This document shows, one piece after another, positions 57,004-64,000 of a stretch of 64,000 nucleotides of DNA. The notes beneath the pieces were generated by a model. That model was not told the DNA's origin and searched no databases. It worked only from the letters and a program-made list of their open reading frames with translations. The stretch lies in IMG/VR virus record IMGVR_UViG_2929707518_000001, positions 6,335 through 70,334 of that record; one strand, given 5' to 3'. Made by a program: the position numbers and the translations under genes. The stretch comes from a virus. Taxonomy: Duplodnaviria > Caudoviricetes. Numbering within the stretch: the stretch's first letter is position 1; each line of letters opens with the position of its first letter.

Positions 57004-57073
57004 TGGGGTTCCTTCAGGGTGTGCTCGGCCGCGGGCGGGCGGTGTGCCCGTCCGGGGCGGTGGTTAGTGGCGG

Positions 57074-58183
57074 TCAGGTGCTCTCTGGTTCGCGGAGCGG
57101 GGTGACGATGTACCGGTAGGTCGGGTCGTCCGGGCTGTGGATGACTGCCGGGGTCTTCGGTGTCGTCACGTCGATGTGCGTGAGACCAGTCAGCGGGCCC
57201 AGCCCGTCGAGCAGGTACACCGAGTTGATGGCGGCTTCGAAGCCGTCGTTTTCGCTCTCGTAGGTGGCGTCGAGTTCGATCACCGATCGGGAGGTCTGGC
57301 CGGCGCGGAGGCTGACGCCTGCTTCGCTGGCGTTGACCCAGACCGGCTTTCCGGCCTCTGACACGGCCATCGCGGCGCGAACCCCTTCGGCAAGGTCTTC
57401 CGCGGTGCACACGATCCGCCCAGTCTTCGTGAGGATGAGCTCGTCGAGCTTGTGCGGGAACAGGTGCGGGTCGATGAGCATCGTCGAGACCTGGCGGCCG
57501 TCCCCCGACAGTGCGGCCGTTCCAGCGCCGTCGGCGGGCAGCGACAGGTGCAGACGACCCTGGAAAGCGCCGGCGTTGTCGGCGAACACCTTGCCGGGAA
57601 GGACTCCCATGGCTGCGGCCGACTGTTCGGCCTGCCAGGGAACAGTGGCGGTGGCGATGCGGTAGCGGTCGGTGGCGGTCAGGGCCAGGATGTCGCTGTC
57701 GACGCGGATGCGGATGCCGCTCATTCCGGCGAACGTGCCGTCGGCCTTCGGGTCGATGGCCGCCTTGACGCGCTTGTAGGCGGCGGCGAACTCGGTTCCG
57801 TCCACGCTTCCCTGGGCTGCCGGGATGGCGGGCAGGGTCGGGTAGTCGCGGCCGTCGAGCACGTTCAGGGCGAAGTGCGCGCCGAGCGTGGTGACCTCCA
57901 GCTCGGCGTTCCTGCCGGCGAGGGTGACGTCGCTCTTGCGGAGCGCGCCGATCACCTGGTTCAGCATCTGCCCCGGGGCGATGACGGTGCCGGGTTCGGC
58001 GATGTCGGCTGTCAGGGTGGCGTGCGCGGCGGTCGTTCCGTCCCACGCTTCCACCCGCAGCTGCCCGTCGGCGGCGGTCAGCCGAAGCCCGGTCAGGACC
58101 GGGTTCGTGGGCCGGGCCGGGAGCTGCCGGGCCGCCCAGGAGACGGCCGCGGCGAGCTCGGGTTGAGGGATGGTGGCGTGCAT
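57074..58183 (-). CDS. dnaN: Phage-encoded DNA polymerase III beta sliding clamp
   Basis: ELAAAVSWAARQLPARP..PVLTG, DYPTLP, ATDRYR, N..YLLDGL and YRYIVTPLR motifs; 369 aa. Confidence 0.88.
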   Translation of the reverse strand: MHATIPQPELAAAVSWAARQLPARPTNPVLTGLRLTAADGQLRVEAWDGTTAAHATLTADIAEPGTVIAPGQMLNQVIGALRKSDVTLAGRNAELEVTTLGAHFALNVLDGRDYPTLPAIPAAQGSVDGTEFAAAYKRVKAAIDPKADGTFAGMSGIRIRVDSDILALTATDRYRIATATVPWQAEQSAAAMGVLPGKVFADNAGAFQGRLHLSLPADGAGTAALSGDGRQVSTMLIDPHLFPHKLDELILTKTGRIVCTAEDLAEGVRAAMAVSEAGKPVWVNASEAGVSLRAGQTSRSVIELDATYESENDGFEAAINSVYLLDGLGPLTGLTHIDVTTPKTPAVIHSPDDPTYRYIVTPLREPEST

Positions 58184-58335
58184 CAGGCTGCGTCCTCGTC
58201 GAACGGCAGCGTCTCCGACTGGATCGCAGGGATTTCGGCGGGGACGTTCAGGGGGAGGATGCGGAGTGCCGGGGTGACCGGCTGCTCGGGCGAGATGATC
58301 TCGGAGTCGGGGAAGAGTGTGAGCTGCTCGTGCAT
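58183..58335 (-). CDS. 50-aa peptide with a clamp-binding-like motif
   Basis: MHEQLTLFPDSE...QSETLPFDEDAA; AGGAG RBS; TGATG overlap with dnaN. Confidence 0.6.
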   Translation of the reverse strand: MHEQLTLFPDSEIISPEQPVTPALRILPLNVPAEIPAIQSETLPFDEDAA

Positions 58336-58401
58336 CGGAAGCTCCTGCTGGTGGTTGGGTCGCCGGGGCCGCGGTCCGTGGGATGCGCGGCGCCGGCGGG
58401 T

Positions 58402-61032
58402 TCAGAGGCGGCCGGCTTCGACGGCGGCCAGCCGCATCGGCACGTACACCGCCGGGTTGGCAGCGTCGGCCGCATGCTCGGCGCGGATCTTGCGGACGTC
58501 GATCGGATGAGTCGGCTCGTCGTCCGGGGCGATATCCCGGACGCCGGCGGCGATACGCACGGTGGTGGCATTGGCGAGAGCCGCAGTCAGGCGGGTGATC
58601 TCTCGCTGCGCTTCCTCCGCGTCGAGCAGCAGGCCCGAGATGGTGATCCCGGCCGTGTCGAGCTGCTGCTGGAGCTCCGTCACTTCCGTCGCGTACTTGA
58701 TCGCGGCGACCGTCGCGGCATCCTTCTGCCGGTACAGGGCCGTGATCGCCGACGACGAGAGACGCCGATGACGGCCACGGTGCCGGGCTATGCCGAGGGG
58801 GCTCACCGTGGGGCTCCCGGCTGGTCGTCGTCGAGGGTGGGCTCGGCGGCGAGGAGGTTGGCGATCTGTTCGTCGCGTTCGGCGACCAGAGCGCGGAGCC
58901 GGACGACCTCACTCTCGGCGGCCTTCGCCCAGGTCTTCCACGCGTCGCGGTTACCTACCTCGCGGAGGAGCCCTTCTCCGAGGCTATTGGCGCGGGTGCG
59001 GGCCGACTGCCAAGCCAGCCGCAGCCGAGCCGATTCCCGTTCCTCTTCGTAGAGGGCGAGGCCAGTGCCCGCGATCACGTCGACGAGCTCACTGTTCTGC
59101 CGCTCGGCGATCTTCAGCTTGGCGTTCGACTCAGTCAGTTCGGCGCGGAGCTGGTCGACGAGCGCCAGCAACTGGGGGACGTCATCGCGGGCGTCGGCGA
59201 TCCACAGGGCGACGTTGCCGCCCCAGTCCGGCAGGGTCGCCAGGACGGTCTTCCCGTGGGTGACCTCCCAGACGTCGACCCCGTTGACCGCGACGTCCCG
59301 GATGTGCCACGTACCGGCGTAGGTCGGGTCGGCCATCTCTCGGCGGACGATCGCCTCGCGCTGGGAACTCATCGGCTCACGCATCGGAGGCGCCCGCCTT
59401 CGCGTCCAGCCGGAGGCCAACCTGGTAGATCTCCCAGTCGCCCGGCCCGTAGGCGTAGGGCTCCCAGTCACCCTTGAAGAGGCGCCATCCCAGTGCGGAG
59501 AGTTCTCCATCCGAGGGGTCCTTGGTGACCATGTCGCAGCGAAACGCCCAGTCGTCACCGTCGTGGTAGGTCTGGCCGGGCTGGTAGAAGTCCGGGCTCG
59601 CGGCCTTCACGCCGCCGCTGAGGGCCATTCCGGCTGCCGGGCTGTGCGGCACGGCTCCGACCACGGTCCACGACGCGACCTTCGCGTCAGGCTCGTAGCC
59701 CGTCGAGCCCCACTGGTCGGTGACCATCCAGCGGGCCGGGTGCGGCGGCGACGGCCACAGGACCGCAAGGCTGAGACCGGACGGAGAAAGGCGGACCGAA
59801 CCGATCAGGTCCGGCAGTTCGATGTCAGACACGGGATCCCCCACGGTTGATGTGGCGCCCGAGGGCGATGAGCAGGAGCGAGGCGACGCCAGCGGCGACG
59901 TCCAGGAAGAGCAGGCGGCGGAGGGTCACGGCCGGCCGCCGATCCGTGCGCCGAACTCGGCGTCGGTTTCGGTGTAGTCAGCCGCCACCGTCGCGGCGAA
60001 CGCGGCACCCGGCGTGACCTTGATCCGGCGGCGGCGCGGGATCAGCGGACCGTGGTAGTAGTACGCGTCCGGCAGCGGCAGATCCGGGCCCGGCCCATCC
60101 GAGCGGAGCATCGGCTCCCCAGCCGGCGACCAGCCGCCCGTCCACGACCAGACGACCCCAGTCACGTCCACGAAGTCGCAGTCGAGATCGAACTCGACAC
60201 CGTCGTGCAGGTAGAGCGTCACGCCGCCTCCCTCAGGAAGCCCGGGACCGGCGGGTCGTAGCGGTACAAGAAACCCGACGCCACGTCGTACTCGCACGCC
60301 ATGTCGAACCACTGCTGCGGGAACGCCAGCCACAACGCACTGGTGACCGCCATGTGCCCGCCGCGCGGAGTCGGCAGCTCACGCCCCAGACCGTCCAGCA
60401 GCAGAACCGAATGGACCAGGCGCGGGCCGCCATCGACGTCCCACATCACCGGCGTGATCCGCACCCGGAACACCCGGCCACGCACCAGCTTGGTCAACAC
60501 GCTCCGGACCATGCTGCGGGCCGTCCCGCTGGCCTGGGCCATCAGTGGCCCAGTCGCCGCCTTCAGGAGCTTCACTGCTGGCCTCCGGTGCGCAGGTACG
60601 GGTAGAGGGTGGCGCCGGTGTACGGGCAGACGCTGTCGACGTCGCAGTCGAGGAACTGGTGCCGCTGCTCAGCCAGCAGACCGGCACGCTCACGGCGAGC
60701 GGCAGCAGCCTTCAGGTCGATGATCAGATCGGCGGTGGTCACGTCGAGACGGGCGATCGGGGGCGTCGGCGCGCTCATCGGGCACACCCCGGGGTGCAGG
60801 GGATGGCGCATCCCTCGTCGTCGCAGACGATGGTGTCGTGGCCGATGTTCGCGTTGAACAGGGCCGCCGTAACTCGCTGTGCCAGTTCGTCACGAACCTC
60901 GGCGTACTTCAGCAGGTGCTGGCCCGGCCACTCGAAGGCGGCGATCGCGTCGTACACCGTGTCGTAGACGCGGGCAGGCCTGGAGGCGGTGGGGTTGGTG
61001 GGAGCCGGATCACCGGCGATGATGTCTGACAT
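58402..61032 (-). CDS. Eight early hypothetical genes (58402-58806, 58803-59372, 59377-59832, 59825-59929, 59926-60222, 60219-60575, 60572-60778, 60775-61032)
   Basis: Coupled ORFs with RBSs; coiled-coil and small domains. Confidence 0.55.
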
Positions 61033-61129
61033 CGGTCCTCTTCTCCTTGCAGATGCGTGCAGGTGAGGGGTGGATCGGGAGGCCTCGGCCGGCGGTGTAA
61101 GGCCCGGCGGTCGGGGCCGTTTGCCGCAG

Positions 61130-61429
61130 CTAGGCGGCGCGAGCGAGCGGCTTGCGGGTTGCGCGGCGCGTTCGGCGGTAAGAGCCGGGAACGCGGCAGA
61201 AGTCCTCAAGGATCGTGACGAGGTCCTTCTCGCTGAACATCAGTCGACGTCCGACGCGGTAGTGCGGGAAGCCCTTGTGATTGACGCCATCGCGGAGCCA
61301 CCGCTGGCCGGCTTCCGTGCTGGGCTGCCTGTCGGCGTCGTCGCCCCTGAGGTTGAGCAGCAGGATGGCGGCCTCTTCGACGTTGTAGAGCGGCTCAAGC
61401 TTGGGACTGTCGGTCTTGCGGGGAGGCAT
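61130..61429 (-). CDS. Excisionase-like HTH_17 protein
   Basis: LYNVEEAA...FPHYRVGRRLMFSEKDL. Confidence 0.75.
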   Translation of the reverse strand: MPPRKTDSPKLEPLYNVEEAAILLLNLRGDDADRQPSTEAGQRWLRDGVNHKGFPHYRVGRRLMFSEKDLVTILEDFCRVPGSYRRTRRATRKPLARAA

Positions 61430-61430
61430 G

Positions 61431-61673
61431 TCACCTTCTCTCTTCGGGCGCCTCGGCAAGGAGGCGTTGGTCGTCTGGCGTAAGGCCGAGGGCCGTGCGG
61501 AGCCGGACGTAAGGCGCAGGTCTCATGTGCCTGCGGTAGCCGTTCTCAAGGTGGTTCAGGTAGCGCTGGCTTATGCCTGCCGCCTGGGCCGTCTCCCTGG
61601 TTCCGAGCCCCGCTTCCATGCGGACCGTGCGGATTACTGCCCCGTTCACCTGGTAGGTGGGGGGTCTTTCCAT
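61431..61673 (-). CDS. Cro-like XRE regulator
   Basis: ETAQAAGISQRYLNHLENG; divergent from the repressor. Confidence 0.82.
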   Translation of the reverse strand: MERPPTYQVNGAVIRTVRMEAGLGTRETAQAAGISQRYLNHLENGYRRHMRPAPYVRLRTALGLTPDDQRLLAEAPEERR

Positions 61674-61862
61674 GCCTCAAAGCTAGCCGGAGTTAGCGGC
61701 TCGTGTCTAGCGAAAACTAGCGGAACCTAGCGGAAGTTCGTACCCGCCGGTAACGCCACGTGCGGGGGCATGCGCGGCGCGCGGTCGCAACAGACCGGCG
61801 CGTTCTAGCCGCTTTGCCCCCTAGTCCTGGCCGGTCCTAGCTGGTCCTGCCAATATGGCCCC
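61674..61862. promoter_or_regulatory. Immunity switch region with (C/T)TAGC and GTCCT repeats
   Basis: Five YTAGC at about 10-bp phase (61683-61733) and three GTCCT at 10-bp phase (61824-61848). Confidence 0.65.
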
Positions 61863-62291
61863 ATGGACCGTGACCTTGAGCGCCTCGCGACAGCAGTTCG
61901 CAAGCGCCGCACAGAGCTCCGGCTGGGCATCGAGCCGGCCGCAAAGCTCGCAGGCATCAGCAAGGACACCTGGAAGCGGGTCGAACCGCGAGACGGGTCG
62001 CCGGCGCACAAGGTCCGCGACACCACCTACGCGGCGATGGATCGCGCGCTGCAGTGGGCCCAAGGAGGCTGTGAGGCGGTCCTTCAGGGTCGTGACGCGA
62101 TCCCCGCGGAGTCCCTGAAGGGTGATAGCGGAGCGAAGGTCTCCCAGATCCCGAAGCGCGAACTTGAGCGAGTGGTGGGTGACGCCGTACAGAGCGCTGC
62201 TCTGGCCACCAAGGGCGACCTCACCGGGGCTGAGATTCTGGAGCTGAACCGACGCGTCCTGGCGGAGCTCCGCGAGCGAGGGATCCTCTGA
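61863..62291 (+). CDS. CI-like immunity repressor (XRE)
   Basis: VRKRRTELRLGIEPAAKLAGISKDTWKRVE. Confidence 0.82.
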   Translation: MDRDLERLATAVRKRRTELRLGIEPAAKLAGISKDTWKRVEPRDGSPAHKVRDTTYAAMDRALQWAQGGCEAVLQGRDAIPAESLKGDSGAKVSQIPKRELERVVGDAVQSAALATKGDLTGAEILELNRRVLAELRERGIL

Positions 62292-62436
62292 AACTCGCCT
62301 CTTTGTCGTACAACCTTTTGGGCTGTTGAAGATGTGACAGTCAATCTGGTCCTCAGAGGTTCCAAGCCGCCCCAGACGTGGGAGAGTCGAAGCATCACCT
62401 TGGGGGATTCCCGGTCCCGGAAGGGGGGGAGTCGGT

Positions 62437-62640
62437 GTGCGCAGCCACCTGCTACTCATGGACAACGGTCCGGCGTTCGCCGGATGGTCTGGATCAAGTA
62501 ATGGGAGAATGGTCTGCGTGGCGCCTCCCGAGATCACCAAGGACGCCGCGGCGCGGCAGTCCATGCGTGAGATCGTGAAGCGCAGCGGAGGAGACTGCGA
62601 GGGATGCCGCGGTTGCCCGGTGGGGTGTAGCGGCGCCTGA
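62437..62640 (+). CDS. Small hypothetical protein with a C-terminal CxxCxxC
   Basis: GGGGGAG RBS; lies between cI and int. Confidence 0.5.
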   Translation: MRSHLLLMDNGPAFAGWSGSSNGRMVCVAPPEITKDAAARQSMREIVKRSGGDCEGCRGCPVGCSGA

Positions 62641-62710
62641 CCAGTAGGTGCGGCAACCCGGCGGTAGGGGTACCAGCCGGGGACCCGCAACACCAGCCCA
62701 AGGGGCCCTC

Positions 62711-64000
62711 ATGCCGTGGACAGAGTGGCGAGGCAACAGCCTCCGCGTGAAGTGGGACACCGGCCGGATCAACCCGGAGACCGGCAAGAAGATCTACGAC
62801 TTCAAGTCCAGCACCGAGTGGACCGAGCAGGAAGCCAGGGATTACGGCCTCGACCGCGAAGCCGACGTCCGTAGCGGCCGGTACATCGCTCGGGCAGACG
62901 GGAAGATCCTCTTCAGGCACTGGGCAGAGATGTGGCTGAAGTCAGTCGACCTCGACCCGAGCTCACATCACACCTATCGCAAGAAGCTGCGGGCGCAGAT
63001 CCTGCCCGAATGGGGCGAGACCCCGCTCAATGAGATCACCACCCTCGGCTACCAGGCCTGGATGCGCCGCCTGCGGGGGAAGATCTCGGCGGGCTACGTG
63101 AGAGACCTACGGATCATCTTCGGCATGTTGATGGATGACGCGGTTGACCACCGCCCCCCGCTCCTGCTGGAGTCTCCCGTGCCGAAGGAGAATCGACGCC
63201 GCGGACGCTACGTGCGGCCAGTTCGGGAGGAGAAGGAGACCGTCCCGACCGCCGACCTTCACCAGCTGGCAGAGAATGCGCTGCACGTGTGGGGATTCAC
63301 CGGCTACGTTTTCATGCTCACGAAGGCGTACACGGGAATGCGCCTCGGGGAGATGTTCGGCTTGCGCCGAGAATTCGTCGGACCGAACTGGCCCGAGAGT
63401 GACCCCGATCGGAAGCGCCGAGAGAAGTCCCTCTACCGGTACTGCGGTAAAGACCCACTTCCGGTGATTCGGGTGCAGTGGCAACACAAGTACGTGATCG
63501 ACCCGGACCGCCCCGACCAGGATGGCGTGCCCATCCTGGCCCTGCCGAAGTACGGAAGCGAGAGGAGCTTGGTGATTCCCCCGTTTCTCGCCGCACTTCA
63601 CGAAGAGCTCCTGGCCAGCCATGATTCAGAGTGGCTCTTCCCCGCCATGGGCGGCGGCCCCCTGGTGAGTACTGACTTCAATACGTACTACTGGAAGCCG
63701 ATCAGGGACGGTTCAGAGGCGCGGACAGGCAGGTATGCGCGGCCCAAGCTGCCGGCCGTGGAGACCTTCAAGGGGCGCCGCATCCACCTGATACGGCACG
63801 CGCACTCCCCTCACCTGGAAGAAGTCGGCGTTCCCGCAGTGGCGATCGAGGAGCGCCTTGGGCACATCCTTCAGGGCGTCCGGGGTGTCTATTCGGATGT
63901 GACTCCCGAGATGGAGCGGAAGATCGTCTCTGTCTTGCAGGAGCGCTGGGTTCGCGAAGAGGGGCTGTCTCCCACCCGCCTCCCATTTGGGGCAAGATGA
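62711..64000 (+). CDS. int: Tyrosine integrase
   Basis: TGMRLGE (R), PKYG (K), HLIRH, LGH and VYS (Y) catalytic residues all present. Confidence 0.92.
   Translation: MPWTEWRGNSLRVKWDTGRINPETGKKIYDFKSSTEWTEQEARDYGLDREADVRSGRYIARADGKILFRHWAEMWLKSVDLDPSSHHTYRKKLRAQILPEWGETPLNEITTLGYQAWMRRLRGKISAGYVRDLRIIFGMLMDDAVDHRPPLLLESPVPKENRRRGRYVRPVREEKETVPTADLHQLAENALHVWGFTGYVFMLTKAYTGMRLGEMFGLRREFVGPNWPESDPDRKRREKSLYRYCGKDPLPVIRVQWQHKYVIDPDRPDQDGVPILALPKYGSERSLVIPPFLAALHEELLASHDSEWLFPAMGGGPLVSTDFNTYYWKPIRDGSEARTGRYARPKLPAVETFKGRRIHLIRHAHSPHLEEVGVPAVAIEERLGHILQGVRGVYSDVTPEMERKIVSVLQERWVREEGLSPTRLPFGAR

Larger units (their letters stand above)
1..64000. mobile_element. Temperate siphovirus-type prophage (both att ends probably outside the window)
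   Basis: Ordered lysis-tail-head-terminase-early-immunity-integrase modules with no host housekeeping genes seen. Confidence 0.93.

Noticed and set aside
57074-58183. dnaN as the host oriC-region gene
   Set aside because: No dnaA, recF or gyrB neighbours; it is embedded in the phage early operon.
1-64000. tRNA, rRNA or tmRNA genes
   Set aside because: No cloverleaf or T-loop/CCA pattern was recognised by eye in the intergenic gaps; a tRNAscan/Infernal run would be needed to exclude them.

Overview
High-GC actinobacterial (Streptomyces-like, inferred from GC and gene content) temperate siphophage/prophage that fills the whole window. The minus strand runs from a cI/cro-type switch (61.4-62.3 kb) through recombination and replication genes (beta-clamp, RecE-like exonuclease, initiator with iterons, DnaC-like loader, C5 methyltransferase, DnaQ) to terminase, portal, capsid, tail and lysis genes (25 kb to 1). 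A tyrosine integrase ends at base 64000. The most striking feature is a Streptomyces plasmid/AICE-type transfer module (GntR Kor/TraR-like repressor, Spd-like membrane proteins, FtsK-type TraB; about 31-41.5 kb) embedded in an apparently complete phage, suggesting a phage that might also conjugate. Other notable signals: the terminase large subunit is split at its Walker A motif by a canonical G_GGA_AAA slippery site; a 2H-phosphoesterase is fused to a MuF-like domain; two small ORFs are missing from the ORF track (an 11-Cys metallothionein-like peptide and a QLTLF clamp-motif peptide coupled to the phage beta-clamp); and there is a lambda pR'/tR'-like late control region. All product calls come from motif recognition by eye; no database search was run.
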